Assembly: GCA_963676835.2 (NCBI GenBank)
Contig: CAXXFF010000001.1
Location: 288,001 to 352,000 of the forward strand
Source: Marispirochaeta sp.
GTDB taxonomy: Bacteria > Spirochaetota > Spirochaetia > JC444 > Marispirochaetaceae
Length of the DNA: 64,000 bases
Direction of reading: 5' to 3'
This document shows positions 20,685-32,400 of this stretch, piece after piece. Position numbers and translations under genes: made by a program. The notes under the pieces were generated by a model. The model was not told the origin of the DNA, did no database searches, and saw only the letters and a program-made list of their open reading frames with translations. Every line of letters begins with the position of its first letter. The first letter of the stretch is position 1.

Positions 20685-21866
20685 CTATACAGTAAGTGCA
20701 GCGATTCCGGGAAGGTTTTTGCCTTCCAGAAACTCAAGGGATGCACCGCCTCCGGTAGAGACATGGTCGATTTTGTCAGCAAGATTGAACTTGTTGACCG
20801 CAGCTACTGAATCACCCCCGCCGACAACCGTAGTTCCGGCGCAGTCAGCAACATAGTTGGCTACCGCAAGAGTACCTGCAGCAAAAGCATCGAACTCAAA
20901 AACACCCATGGGACCATTCATTACCACATTCTTTGCTTCCGCAATGGCGGTCCTGATTTTTTCAAGGGTCTTGGGTCCGACATCCATGCCGATTTTTCCA
21001 TCGGGAATATCAACGGAATCTACCGCTTCAGCTGCAGCAGTTTCTGAAAATTCACCGGCAACCACGTGATCCAGAGGCAGAATAATATCAACGCCTGCTT
21101 CCGCTGCCTTCTCAATAAGAGAAGAAGCGGTTCCCAGAAAATCCTCTTCAAGAAGAGAGTTTCCAATGGTTTTCCCCTGGGCTTTCAGAAAGGTATATGC
21201 CATACCTCCGCCGATTACAAGGGTACTGCACTTGGGCAGCAGCGACTCCAATACTGCAATCTTGGTGGAAACCTTGGCTCCTCCGATGATTGCAACAAAG
21301 GGCTTGGCAGGATTATCAAGCAGGGGTGAAAAGAACTTCACCTCTTTCTCAATAAGAAAACCCGCTGCGGCCTCCAGATGATGGGCAACTCCCTCGGTTG
21401 AGGCATGGGCCCGGTGAGCGGTGCCGAATGCATCGTTAACATATACATCGCCGAGCTTAGCCAGGCTTGATGCAAACTCAGGGTCGTTTTTTGTCTCACC
21501 TGCATAAAAACGGACGTTTTCAAGCAGAAGCACATCGCCGCCTTTGAGATCGGCAGAAAGTTTTTCAACCTCCGGACCAATACAGTCCGGGGCCATGGTA
21601 ACCTTTTTGCCAAGAAGTTCACTCAGACGTCCTACGATAGGTGCAAGACTGAACTCGGGATTCTTTTCGCCCTTGGGGCGGCCAAGGTGAGTCATGATTA
21701 TCAGAGACGCACCTTCCTGCTCAAGGATATACTTGAGTGTAGGAAGGGCAGCCCTGATCCGGGTATCATCGGTAATTATCCCCTCTTTCAAGGGGACATT
21801 GAAATCTACCCGGACAAGAACGCGTTTATTGCGCAGATCAAGGTCTTTTACTGTTTTAAGAGCCAT
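20685..21866 (-). CDS. pgk: phosphoglycerate kinase
   Basis: [36 protein letters not shown]. Confidence 0.98.
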   Translation of the reverse strand: MALKTVKDLDLRNKRVLVRVDFNVPLKEGIITDDTRIRAALPTLKYILEQEGASLIIMTHLGRPKGEKNPEFSLAPIVGRLSELLGKKVTMAPDCIGPEVEKLSADLKGGDVLLLENVRFYAGETKNDPEFASSLAKLGDVYVNDAFGTAHRAHASTEGVAHHLEAAAGFLIEKEVKFFSPLLDNPAKPFVAIIGGAKVSTKIAVLESLLPKCSTLVIGGGMAYTFLKAQGKTIGNSLLEEDFLGTASSLIEKAAEAGVDIILPLDHVVAGEFSETAAAEAVDSVDIPDGKIGMDVGPKTLEKIRTAIAEAKNVVMNGPMGVFEFDAFAAGTLAVANYVADCAGTTVVGGGDSVAAVNKFNLADKIDHVSTGGGASLEFLEGKNLPGIAALTV

Positions 21867-21895
21867 ATACGGTTCCTTATCCTAAACCGAATGGA

Positions 21896-22897
21896 TTAAA
21901 GAATCTTCTCCGCAAGGTCTACAACTCTGTTGGAGTAACCCCACTCGTTGTCATACCAGGAAACAACCTTGAAAAATCCCTTGCCCAGCTTCATGGTGCA
22001 GAGAGCATCGAACAGGCTGGAGTTGGAATTACCCTTAACGTCCATGGAGACGATGGGGTCTTCAGTATATGCAAGAACACCCTTCATGGGGCCTTCTGCC
22101 GCAGCCTTAACAGCCGCATTTACCTCTTCTACACTGGGGTCTTTGTCCAGCTGAACAGTAAGGTCTACAACAGAACCGGTGGGAGTAGGCACACGCATTG
22201 CCATTCCGTTCAGTTTACCGTTGAGTGCAGGAATAACCAGCCCTACAGCCTTGGCCGCACCGGTTGTGGTGGGGATAATGGAAAGAGCAGCAGCTCTTGA
22301 CCGGCGAAGGTCTGAGTGGGGAAGGTCGAGAATATTCTGGTCGTTGGTGTAAGCATGAATGGTATTCATGAGACCCTGCTGGATTCCGAAATTATCGTTC
22401 AGAACTTTTGCCAGGGGTGCAAGACAGTTGGTGGTACAGGAAGCATTTGAGTAAGCCTCGATGCTGTCACTGATTTCGTCCTCGTTAACACCGAGAACAA
22501 CAGTCTTGTCGATTGTATCCTTTGCAGGTACGGTAAGAATTACCTTTTTGGCACCGGCCTTGATGTGGTCCTTGTAACCGCCGCGGGGGCCTTCTGCAGT
22601 TGCGAAAATACCGGTGGATTCGATGGCTACATCAACACCGAGCTCTCCCCAGGGAAGAGAAGCGGGTTCGCGGATAGCAAAAATCTTGACTTCTTTGCCG
22701 TCAACCACGATAGCATCATCTTTAACTTCTACAGTCTTGTCGTAAACACCGAATGTTGAATCGTACTTGAGAAGATGAGCCAGTGTCTTGGGGCTGGTAA
22801 TATCGTTAATTGCAACTACTTCGATATTGTCCCGTTCAAAGGCTACCTTAAAAACATTTCTTCCGATTCTTCCGAAACCATTAATAGCTATTTTCAT
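21896..22897 (-). CDS. gap: glyceraldehyde-3-phosphate dehydrogenase type I
   Basis: [31 protein letters not shown]. Confidence 0.98.
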   Translation of the reverse strand: MKIAINGFGRIGRNVFKVAFERDNIEVVAINDITSPKTLAHLLKYDSTFGVYDKTVEVKDDAIVVDGKEVKIFAIREPASLPWGELGVDVAIESTGIFATAEGPRGGYKDHIKAGAKKVILTVPAKDTIDKTVVLGVNEDEISDSIEAYSNASCTTNCLAPLAKVLNDNFGIQQGLMNTIHAYTNDQNILDLPHSDLRRSRAAALSIIPTTTGAAKAVGLVIPALNGKLNGMAMRVPTPTGSVVDLTVQLDKDPSVEEVNAAVKAAAEGPMKGVLAYTEDPIVSMDVKGNSNSSLFDALCTMKLGKGFFKVVSWYDNEWGYSNRVVDLAEKIL

Positions 22898-22931
22898 CCT
22901 ATTCCTCCTGGAAATCTATGCCTTGGCAAAT

Positions 22932-22960
22932 ACTATAAGAAAAAGAGTGGCAAGTGTCAA
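22932..22960 (-). promoter_or_regulatory. sigma70 promoter of gap-pgk-tpiA
   Basis: TTGACA-17bp-TATAGT on the minus strand. Confidence 0.75.
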
Positions 22961-22999
22961 TTGAATGTAATAAATAGCGATTTTTTTACCGATTTTAAC

Positions 23000-25009
23000 T
23001 TATTGTATTGTAAGCAATTCCTGATACAATCCGTTAAGCGGAAGTTCTTCCCGGGACTCCTGCGTACCCTCTTCCACCGGCAGAATAAGTGTGTCCCCTT
23101 CATTTATGTAATCGAAGAATCCTGAATTTTCGATTACACCTTCAGCAACCAGTTCATCCAGTCCTGTTATAGTCAGTTTCCCGGCAACATCTTCCGGTGA
23201 AAACTCAAAACCCAGGGCATCACGTTTTAAACTGAGACTGCGGGGAGGCAGAATAAGAAACACTTCATCCCCCTGAAGACCGTCGAATCTTCCGGCATCA
23301 ACAAGTCCCCGGTCGAAATCCCGCTGAACCAGCCTGGCTTTAAGAGGCAGAGATGCTACAAGATCCTCAGTGGCCCGGTTTAACGCATCGGTTACTCTGT
23401 CGTTTCCGGTTCTGAAGGTCTTAATCTTCTTCAGAAGAGTACCGTTCTCTGCAAGGTACAGTTCCATATAGACAGTGAAGTATCTGGCCTTCTCATCGAA
23501 TGAGACCAGTACAAAATAGTCATCGCCCCTGCTGCGGGCTTCCTTGAAGGCGGCAGAATAGCCCTCAACAGCATGAACACCACCATCAGCAACGGCAACC
23601 CGCTCTCTGCCCTTGAGCATATTAATCAACAGGGTTCCAGCCACCTGATCCCCGGCATAATGGACTACATCAGAACCGCCGGGGATTGCGAAAATACCGA
23701 GACGGTACTCGCTCCGGTCGAGTATGAACTGATTGATCCCCCAGCGGGAAGCAAGATTATCCTCCTGAAGGCTGCGCTGAATTTCCAGTTCATCCGTCAC
23801 AGCTTCATCGGAGAGACTCTTTTCTGCAATAACCTCAAGTTCGGTGAGATATTTTGCGGGATACCCGAGGGTTTTATAAATACCGGCATAAGCCCGGCGG
23901 TACTCACTGCTGGAGGGATCAAGCTGAACAGCAAAACGGTACTCCACCAGTGCTTTATCAAGAAGAAAGCGGGCCTCAAACTCCCTGCCCCTCTCCAAAT
24001 GGTAAAGAGCAAGAGATTGCCTCAGTGCTTCGTCTCCGGCTCCCTCGGCTTTAACAAGTTCTTCCAGAGCGTACCGGGCCAGTTCATCGTCCCGGCTCTG
24101 GCGGAATACGGAGGTAAAGCTTCTGACCGCTTCATCGGTTCTACCGGTTCGGGAGTAGGCTATTCCAAGGGTATAAAAGGTTTGCGCATCGCCTGGCCGT
24201 ATATGCAAAGCCTCATTGAGATAGGTTATGGCACTGTCATATTCGCCCAGAACAAGGTGGGCAAGGGCTGCAGCCTGAAGGCCGGGATAATAGTCGGGAC
24301 GGATTGATATGGCAAGACGGGCATGATAAAGAGCATCTTCAAGACGTCCCCGCCGCCGGTAATGACGTGATACTGCAGTCTGCACCTGCGGACTGTCTCC
24401 ATGGTAACGAACCGCAGCGTTAACGTAGGTTTCCGAGGCATCGAACTGCTCAAGCTCATCGGAAAGAAGAAGAAGCCCTAACAGGGCACGCTTTTCTCCG
24501 GGGACAAGGTCCAGGGTCTCGGTATAGGTTTTCAGTGCGTTTCCAACATCTCCGGTGGCGACATTCATCTCGGCAATACCCAGAAGTGCTTCAGTATTAT
24601 TCGGCTCTGCTGAAAGAACTTCATCAAAAACTGCTGCTGCCCGCTCAACGGAACCGAGACCGACAAGAATTCTGCCGCTCAGCACTTTCAGAGAGCTGTC
24701 GGCACGGCTCAGCTTCAGGGCCCGTTCTGCAAATGTCAGGGCATCCTGATATTCACCCAGCAGAAAATAGGATTCTGCCAGGCCCGTAAGGGGCTCGAGA
24801 TAAACCGGATACTCCCGGACAAGCTCTGTATACCCCTCGACGGCTGCAAAATACTCACCCTGTTCCTGCAGCCCCTTTGCCGCCTGATACTGCTCAAGCC
24901 GGCTCTGACCGAACACCGGCAGCAGGCTCAATACAAACATAGAGATAAAAAAAACTTTTACATATATACAACCTGAAGCCCTACTCACCCTCATTACTCC
25001 GGACCACAA
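23000..25009 (-). CDS. exported tetratricopeptide repeat protein
   Basis: Signal peptide then many TPRs; exact start uncertain (24994 likely). Confidence 0.8.
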   Translation of the reverse strand: MWSGVMRVSRASGCIYVKVFFISMFVLSLLPVFGQSRLEQYQAAKGLQEQGEYFAAVEGYTELVREYPVYLEPLTGLAESYFLLGEYQDALTFAERALKLSRADSSLKVLSGRILVGLGSVERAAAVFDEVLSAEPNNTEALLGIAEMNVATGDVGNALKTYTETLDLVPGEKRALLGLLLLSDELEQFDASETYVNAAVRYHGDSPQVQTAVSRHYRRRGRLEDALYHARLAISIRPDYYPGLQAAALAHLVLGEYDSAITYLNEALHIRPGDAQTFYTLGIAYSRTGRTDEAVRSFTSVFRQSRDDELARYALEELVKAEGAGDEALRQSLALYHLERGREFEARFLLDKALVEYRFAVQLDPSSSEYRRAYAGIYKTLGYPAKYLTELEVIAEKSLSDEAVTDELEIQRSLQEDNLASRWGINQFILDRSEYRLGIFAIPGGSDVVHYAGDQVAGTLLINMLKGRERVAVADGGVHAVEGYSAAFKEARSRGDDYFVLVSFDEKARYFTVYMELYLAENGTLLKKIKTFRTGNDRVTDALNRATEDLVASLPLKARLVQRDFDRGLVDAGRFDGLQGDEVFLILPPRSLSLKRDALGFEFSPEDVAGKLTITGLDELVAEGVIENSGFFDYINEGDTLILPVEEGTQESREELPLNGLYQELLTIQ

Positions 25010-25763
25010 TCTTTATTGTTTTAATCTTATGGCCCTCCATCTCCTGAACGATAAAATCCCACTCTTTGTGACTGATTTTTTCGAACTTTACCGGTATTTT
25101 GCCGAGCAGATCAAAAACAAAGCCTCCAAGGGTATCAAAATCATCCAGAGGAAGCTCGATGCCGGTCTTTTCATGAAGATCTTCCAGGTTAACTCTGGCA
25201 TCACAGAGAAATACCCCGTCACCGATTTTAAGAATATCCTCAACCTCGTTGTCGAATTCATCCTGGATTTCACCGACGATCTCTTCGATGATGTCCTCCA
25301 TGCAGACAATTCCGCTGACACCGCCGTATTCATCCACAGCAACGGCAATGTGCACCCTGCGGCGCTTGAATTCTTTCAACAGGCTGTCCAGCTTTTTGCT
25401 CTCCGGGACAAAATAGGCCTTGCGGGTAAGGGTGCGGATATTTATCTCTTCCGGTTTAAACATGAAGGTAAGCAGGTCTTTTGCATAGAGCACACCGATC
25501 ACATTATCGATGGTCTCCTCATAAACCGGCACCCTGGAATGACCGCAGCTGGTGAGAATATCAAGCAGTTCTTCCACTCCTGTATCGACGGAAACAAATA
25601 CGACATCTATACGGGGAACCATGACTTCCTTCACGCTGGTATCGGAAAGTTCCACGATACCCCGGATCATGTCTTTTTCCTCTATATTGAGGGAATGAAA
25701 TGACTCCTCGTCGTCCTCGCTTTTGAGTTTAAACAGTTTTTGCAGCAATCCCATTTTTTTCAA
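24981..25763 (-). CDS. CorC/HlyC-family CBS-pair protein (hemolysin family)
   Basis: EVMVPRID, HSRVPVY, VDEYGGVSGIV, IIEEIVGEIQDEFD. Confidence 0.9.
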   Translation of the reverse strand: MKKMGLLQKLFKLKSEDDEESFHSLNIEEKDMIRGIVELSDTSVKEVMVPRIDVVFVSVDTGVEELLDILTSCGHSRVPVYEETIDNVIGVLYAKDLLTFMFKPEEINIRTLTRKAYFVPESKKLDSLLKEFKRRRVHIAVAVDEYGGVSGIVCMEDIIEEIVGEIQDEFDNEVEDILKIGDGVFLCDARVNLEDLHEKTGIELPLDDFDTLGGFVFDLLGKIPVKFEKISHKEWDFIVQEMEGHKIKTIKIVVRSNEGE

Positions 25764-25766
25764 CGG

Positions 25767-26216
25767 CTATTCCTTTTCTCCGAAGGATTTCAGTATCTCT
25801 TCCTGCAGCTTGAGCATAGGCTCATCGGCGTCACTGCTGGCATGATGATGTCCCGCAAGATGCAGCACCCCGTGGATGGTCATTCTGTACAGCTCCTCCA
25901 TAAAGGTAACCCCGAATTCCTTCGCCTGTGTTTCTATACGGTCAACGGCTATGACAATATCTCCAGCCGGTATGGGACCTTTAGATGCGGGAATCTCGTT
26001 TCCCTCGACTTGAGGAAAAGAGAGTACGTCGGTGACCTCATCACGATTCCTGTAGCTTTTATTCAGCTTGCGGATCATCTCCCCGTCACATAAAAGTACG
26101 GAAATTTCCCAGTTGTCAATACTCAGGTGGTCCAGAAGCAGGGAAATAAATTCCCGGTAGGAGTCCATCCAGTCGGGAAGTTCAATCCTTTCCAATGTAA
26201 TTTCGATATTATTCAC
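25767..26216 (-). CDS. ybeY: rRNA maturation RNase YbeY
   Basis: LNKSYR, TDVLSFP, GDIVI, IHGVLHLAGHHH; start at GTG 26216. Confidence 0.93.
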   Translation of the reverse strand: MNNIEITLERIELPDWMDSYREFISLLLDHLSIDNWEISVLLCDGEMIRKLNKSYRNRDEVTDVLSFPQVEGNEIPASKGPIPAGDIVIAVDRIETQAKEFGVTFMEELYRMTIHGVLHLAGHHHASSDADEPMLKLQEEILKSFGEKE

Positions 26217-28440
26217 CCTGGACCTCTTTTTTCTCTTCCCGCTGATCGGGGTACTCGATACGGGTATGAAAGTGCCCGGCCAGAATCTGAACAAAAACCT
26301 TTTTGATCTTTTCCAAATCCTGAAAAGTAAGGTCGCTGTTCTCCAGCTGGTGGGACTCAAACTTGGACATAATCTGTTTCCAGATGAATTTTTCAAGCTT
26401 CGCCACCGTAGGATTACTCAGGGTTCGTGTGGATGCTTCTACCGTATCCGCCAGCATGACCACTGCCGCCTCCTTGCTTGTAGGGGGAACGCCGTTATAG
26501 CTGAAATCCTCAGGCTTTGTATCCCGGTCCTTCTTGAGCGCTTCGGAATAGAAGTAGTTGATCAGACCGCTGCCGTGATGCTGGGCAACAATTTCAATAA
26601 CCTCTTCCGGAAGTTTCAGTTCCCGTGCCTTCTCTATCCCTATTTTAACATGGGATTTGATAACCGCGGCGGAGAGACTTGGTTTTAATTCGTCATGCTT
26701 ATTGAGCCTGTCCGGCTGATTCTCCACAAAATATCCGGACTGATCTATCTTTCCAATGTCATGATAATAGGCGCCTACCCGGGCAAGCAGGGCATTTGCT
26801 CCTATTTCCCGGGCTGCAGATTCAGCGAGATTTGCAACACTCACGCTGTGGCTGTAGGTTCCCGGCGCAAGGGTCAGCATCCGCCTGAACAGGGGTGTAT
26901 TAAGATCAGAGAGCTCTATCAATCTGAATGTTGTGGGTATATTGAGCAGATGTTCAAAAAAAGGAAGCAGTCCAATATTCAGTACCGAACAGAACAGAGC
27001 ATTAGCCACAGCCCAGCCGATAAGGGTCAGCACCTGCATAACCTGAAGATGCCCGAGAAGCCCGATCACAAAGGCAATAACCATATGGTAGGCGATCAGC
27101 AGCACTGTTCCGCGAATAAGGTCCAGACGCTTGTCTGCACCGAGTACCACCACTGTCGCGGCAACACCGCTTGAGAAGGCGAAAATCTGTTCAAAGGGAC
27201 TGGTCCTGCTGATGAACAGCAGGCTGAAAGAGAGAATAAGGGATATACTGACTGCAATCTCCGGCGAGATAAGCAGAGCCAGAAGCGAGGCCGCCAGTGC
27301 GGTTGGCAGAAAAACGGAGAGAGGCACATAATCCGGTACCGGGACCACTTTAATTACAACAACAGCCACAACGACAAACACCGCCGCTGCACCGAGAACA
27401 AGAAAAAGCTGACTGTCTTTCAGACGGGTACCGGCGAAGGATGAACCCAGAAGCCAGACTGCAAGCAGATAGAGTACCAGAAGCAGGAGACCGGTACCGA
27501 TAATTCCTGTTGTATTGAAGCTTGTGGCAGAACTTCCGATGGCCTCAATCTTCTCCATTTCATCTTCGGTTACAATAAAGCCCCTGCGCACCACCGGTTC
27601 TCCGGCTTCAAGATGGACCACAACAGGCTCCACCTCCTGCCGTACCCTCTCACGGTTGCGGGCTGTCTGGTCATCATCATAAAAGGCGTTGGCGGCGGCG
27701 AAAACCCTTATTATATCCGAGTAAATCGGAATAAACCCGGCGGAAACACCAAGATCGGCAAGCTCATCCTTAAGCCGATCTTCCAGGTTTGCAACCGTAT
27801 AAAGCTGCCCCAGGGGAATTTCTTCATGCTCTCTGGAACCGTTTCTCCAGCGCCAGATGTCTACAATACTGCTGCCGGTTTCCGCCCAGTTGTCGGGAAA
27901 TCGGACAAGACCGAAGCGGAGAATGCGTTTAAGCAGATCTTCCGACAGTTCCAGCCCGAAAGGACTGCGGGCCACCATGAGAATATCCTTAAGTTCTTCA
28001 GGGGTGAACAGCCCGGGATATTCGGCTTCGATCTGCAGCACAGCGGTCTCTTCCGCACTCTTTTCCTCTATAGTCCGGTCAACGGTATCGATAAACCCGT
28101 GCAGCAGTGCCGTGCTTCTCTCGGTTATATCTTCTTCAACCACAAAAATCGGCCGCACCAGCTGCACCTTGGCCGCAATTTTCAGATCTGTTGCGTCCTG
28201 ATCTATGTAGGAAATACTGCGGTCAAGAATAAGATCCTTTTCCGCTACCCGACCGGCTTCATATTCGGTAAGCTGTTTGCGGCTGAAAATCCCTCCGGAC
28301 TGGGTTGTCAGAACCAGGACAAGGTAGATCAGTAGAAAACTGCCGGCAACAAGCAGAATACGCCGGCGATTACGCCCTCCGTACCGGGAGAAAAGGTCAG
28401 ATAGTGCTGAACCTTTTATTTGATTATTTCTGGTCTTCAT
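26209..28440 (-). CDS. 7TM-HD (HDIG) phosphohydrolase, PgpH-like
   Basis: Extracellular domain, ~7 TMs, APGTYSHS, YYHDIGK, QHHG, MLADTVEA. Confidence 0.9.
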   Translation of the reverse strand: MKTRNNQIKGSALSDLFSRYGGRNRRRILLVAGSFLLIYLVLVLTTQSGGIFSRKQLTEYEAGRVAEKDLILDRSISYIDQDATDLKIAAKVQLVRPIFVVEEDITERSTALLHGFIDTVDRTIEEKSAEETAVLQIEAEYPGLFTPEELKDILMVARSPFGLELSEDLLKRILRFGLVRFPDNWAETGSSIVDIWRWRNGSREHEEIPLGQLYTVANLEDRLKDELADLGVSAGFIPIYSDIIRVFAAANAFYDDDQTARNRERVRQEVEPVVVHLEAGEPVVRRGFIVTEDEMEKIEAIGSSATSFNTTGIIGTGLLLLVLYLLAVWLLGSSFAGTRLKDSQLFLVLGAAAVFVVVAVVVIKVVPVPDYVPLSVFLPTALAASLLALLISPEIAVSISLILSFSLLFISRTSPFEQIFAFSSGVAATVVVLGADKRLDLIRGTVLLIAYHMVIAFVIGLLGHLQVMQVLTLIGWAVANALFCSVLNIGLLPFFEHLLNIPTTFRLIELSDLNTPLFRRMLTLAPGTYSHSVSVANLAESAAREIGANALLARVGAYYHDIGKIDQSGYFVENQPDRLNKHDELKPSLSAAVIKSHVKIGIEKARELKLPEEVIEIVAQHHGSGLINYFYSEALKKDRDTKPEDFSYNGVPPTSKEAAVVMLADTVEASTRTLSNPTVAKLEKFIWKQIMSKFESHQLENSDLTFQDLEKIKKVFVQILAGHFHTRIEYPDQREEKKEVQGE

Positions 28441-29425
28441 AGGCCTGTATTATTTTTTTGACCACCGGATGACGTACAACATCGTGGGCGGTAAAATAGG
28501 AGAAAGCAATCTCATCGATTCCATGAAGAACATTCACTGCATCGACAAGTCCGGATTTACGCTTTGACGGAAGATCTATCTGGGTTATATCACCGGTTAT
28601 GACGGCTTTTGACCCTTCACCCAGGCGGGTCAGAAACATTTTCATCTGCTCAGCGGTGGTATTCTGTGCTTCATCGAGAATTATAAAGGCATTGGAGAGG
28701 CTGCGTCCCCGCATATACGCCAGAGGTGCAATTTCGATAATGCGGTTCTCTTCCATTCTGGCGACAGTCTCGTAGGGAACCAGAAGATCCATGGCATCGT
28801 ACAGGGGCCGCAGATAAGGGTTGATCTTCTGAGCCAGGTCGCCGGGGAGAAAACCGAGACTCTCTCCTGCTTCAACCACCGGCCGGGTAAGAACGAGCTT
28901 ACGCATACGTTTACTCAGAATTTCCTGAAGTGCATAGGCTATGGCAAGAAAGGTCTTGCCCGTACCTGCAGGCCCTACACCGAAGACTATATCCTTGTGA
29001 TTCATTTTTTCTATGTAGGCGGCCTGATTGAATCCCCGGGGGAAGACCTTGGCCTGACTGCCGGGTATATGAAGAACACTGCTTCTGAGAAGAGAGAGTT
29101 CCTCTTCCTTTCCTTCACGGATGGAGTTGTACAAGCCCTGAATAAGATCACGATCGGGAGAATGGCCGTTCCGCAGATGGGTCTGCAGCTCCCCTACCAG
29201 TTCCCTGAAGATATCCTGATCTCCCTGCTCATGAGAGTCGAGATAGAGCTGATTTCCCCGGGTAAAAACGGGTAAACCGAACACGCCCTCCAGAAGTCTG
29301 AGGTTGCGGTCGTTTACTCCGCATAGTTCGTGAAGTGTTTCACTGTCTTCCAGTACTATTGCAACGTTGTCTTTCACTCTGTCTCCGTAGTGTAATGGCC
29401 CGATTCGATCCGCGTCAAGCGTCAA
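28424..29425 (-). CDS. phoH: PhoH family ATPase
   Basis: GPAGTGKT, RPVVEAGESLGFLPGD, YMRGRS, DEAQN. Confidence 0.95.
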   Translation of the reverse strand: MTLDADRIGPLHYGDRVKDNVAIVLEDSETLHELCGVNDRNLRLLEGVFGLPVFTRGNQLYLDSHEQGDQDIFRELVGELQTHLRNGHSPDRDLIQGLYNSIREGKEEELSLLRSSVLHIPGSQAKVFPRGFNQAAYIEKMNHKDIVFGVGPAGTGKTFLAIAYALQEILSKRMRKLVLTRPVVEAGESLGFLPGDLAQKINPYLRPLYDAMDLLVPYETVARMEENRIIEIAPLAYMRGRSLSNAFIILDEAQNTTAEQMKMFLTRLGEGSKAVITGDITQIDLPSKRKSGLVDAVNVLHGIDEIAFSYFTAHDVVRHPVVKKIIQAYEDQK

Positions 29426-32400
29426 AAAGAGAAGTCCCCGTCACTGTAATCAACGGTCTGCTCAAGTTCAGGTATAGGATTCCACTGCACATAGATGGAA
29501 AAGGCCGATTCCCAGACATACCTGGACTGGGATCCGCTGGTATCAAGTTCAGGGAGACCTGCATATTCCACAGTAAGATCCCATTGATCAAGATGGTGTA
29601 CCGCTTTCAGATCGATGGACTGAAGGTTGAAGTTTGACAGTCTCCGTTCGTCATCGTTAAAGAAGTTGAAGGATTTAACCAGATCATCCAGAGGGTTGAG
29701 CGGCTCTATTCCGGTACCGTCCAGAAGCCAGGGAAGATACCGGAAGATGGCGGTGTTTTCAGAAGAAGAGCTGAATGTCAGATCCAGAAACTTGTATACC
29801 GAGAAATTCAGGCCTGTTTCAAAGTAGAAGCTTGAGTCTGAGAATTTGTTCAGGTCCTGGGTCAGTCCTGTTTCCAGACTGAAATCAAGATTGATCCGCC
29901 TCTTCCAGATTGGATCCGGTTTATAGCTCTTTTTATATGACATGGCTACTTCGCTGGGAATAAACTCAGGATTTGCAGCCTTTACCCACCCGCTCCCGGG
30001 CAGTTCGAGACTGTAGGGTTCTGTATAATCCATGGAATAACTGGCAGTAAACCCTCCGGCCCAGCTGCTGAGGGTTAAAGCATAGGGCTGCAGGGGATGA
30101 TAATCACCTGAATCGTCATCGTAGTCTATGAGATATGCAAAGTCGGCTTTTGATCCGAAGAAATTATCATCAACAGCAGCTGATAATACCGACTCGCCTT
30201 CACGCAGACGGAAATTCGAGCCGTCTTCCTCATTTAGGGTCAGTTCCTGACTGACATATACCCTGTCGGCAAAGCTGTACTTTCCAAGCAGGGTGGTTTC
30301 CTGGGGCTCCCAGTCGTTATCATCCACCTCCTCAACTCCTCCTGCGGCATAGATATCCAGAGGACCGAAATCCCCGGTATAGCTTGCGCTGATATCGCCG
30401 AGGAGCGGCGGAAGTACAACAGAAACAACAAATGTCTGATCAAAGCCTCCCGGACTGAAACCGGTAGTGGAGCTTATGGTCTGCTGCTGCAGGGTGGACC
30501 GCTCCCAGGGAAGAACCTTTGTCTGCTGTCCGTCATCACTGTCGTATTCCCGGCTGTAAAGATAATGCTTCAGGCGGTACTCAATTACCTGATCCACCGG
30601 TACGGCGCTGTTGATGAATGGTCTGGCCGTAAGGGTAAGCGAGTGCGACAGGCGTTCATAACTTGCCTCTTTATCGTTCTCAAGGAGATCCTGCCAGGAC
30701 TCTTTTTCGGGATCGGGGATTGCAGAATCGATGGTAAGCTGACGGATCTTCTCCTGATAGGTAAATGTCAGGGACTCTTCCAGAGACCATATGCGGTCAC
30801 TGAAATCACTGGCAAAATTAAGCCGGGCATCACCGGAAAGGGTTGTAAGGGAATATGCCGTGTCAAAACTTACATCCTCCGGAGAAGGATAGCTGACAAC
30901 ATCCGGGTCAGCCAGGCCCCAGTCATTCCAGCTGTTGTCCCACCCGTAGATATCAAAGGTGTAACCGTGGTTCAGGTAGGGGTTTAACTGATATGTCAGG
31001 CTTGGTGTCTGTCCGGAATCGCCATCCAGGGAAAAGCTGTAATCCTCCAGGGCTGCAGGTCCGGTAATGGACATACTGTCTTCGTTCTTTTCTTCTACAG
31101 GATCATTCTGTTCCGGTTTCCATGGCGGTACAAGCTCCAGATCATCATTTCCCGACTCCACGTCAGCCTTACCGTCACTGCTCCAGGGATAGAGGGTTCC
31201 CTGCAGAGAGAGGGATATCTCGGGAAGAACCAGGGTTTTGGCGTAGGGGAAATAGATGGACGAGTATGTGCCGGATACGGCATCATAGTGGGGAAGAAGC
31301 TCCTCTATCTCCGCTGCAGTCAGGGCACCGCTGGTCATTTTCCCATAGACCCAGTCCAGGGAGCTTGAAAAATTCTTTACCGAAAATGAGCTTATCCATG
31401 GAGACAGACCGGAGGTATCAGCAGTCCAGGAGGTGCTGAGATCCCAGGTAAAGCCGGAAGAGAGGCTGCTTGAGCTGGTTTGTGACTCCTCTCCGGTTAA
31501 GGCCAGCAGTTTTCCCCAGTCTATGCTTTCACTTCTGTTTTCATAAAGATCTTCAATAAGAGGATCGGAAACAAAGGGCATCTCCAGGCTCAGCTTAAAC
31601 CGGTCCATGGAGGCCTCCATGCCGGCATTGAGATTAAGCCTTACCGGCAGATAGAGCCCGCCAAGCCAACTTCCTTCCCACACGGAAAGAAATTCTCCAT
31701 CGTCGGGGTCCTGCCAGGTATATGTGTAGGGAGCATAGTCTGCCACAACCCGGGTAATGCCGACTCCCCCGAAGAGTTTCAGACTGTCAAACCATGAGGT
31801 ACTGCCGAAAGAGAGATCCAGGGCAGAAACAAGACCGGTGCGGGAATAGTAATCCATAAGCAGCCGGAAATAATCACCCCGGCTGTTCCTCTCTCTGGCA
31901 GCGGCCAGCTCTTCTTCGCTTGGATTATCTTTGGTGCGGTTATAGAGGCCCTGCCATTCGGTTACCCGGTCGGTATCCTCGACGGTGGTCATCTGCAGAA
32001 AACTCAAAGAGTCTTCCTCCATGGCCGTGCTTTCACCGAAAAAATAGGTACTTGTCTGCAGGAACGCACCTTTTTCAAGGTCAAAACCTACTGAAGGATT
32101 TACGATCATGCTATCCCGGAGTTGAAAGAAAAAGGGAAAAGCCATAACCGGCACGCGTCCGATATAGAATGTTGCCCCTTCAAGCAGCCATTCCCCGGGT
32201 TCATATACCCAGATTTCATCCGCATCGATCCGGTACGACGGCGGGACTATCCGGCTGGAGGTGATACTTCCCTCCTGCATGTAGATGATTTCACTGGAGG
32301 AGCGGGCTATTGTATCCCCATAAAAACTGAAGGTCAGTTCTTTCTCATTTACCGTCCGGTCCTGAAGCGTGTAGCCTTTAAGAAAGCGGCTTTCCCAGTT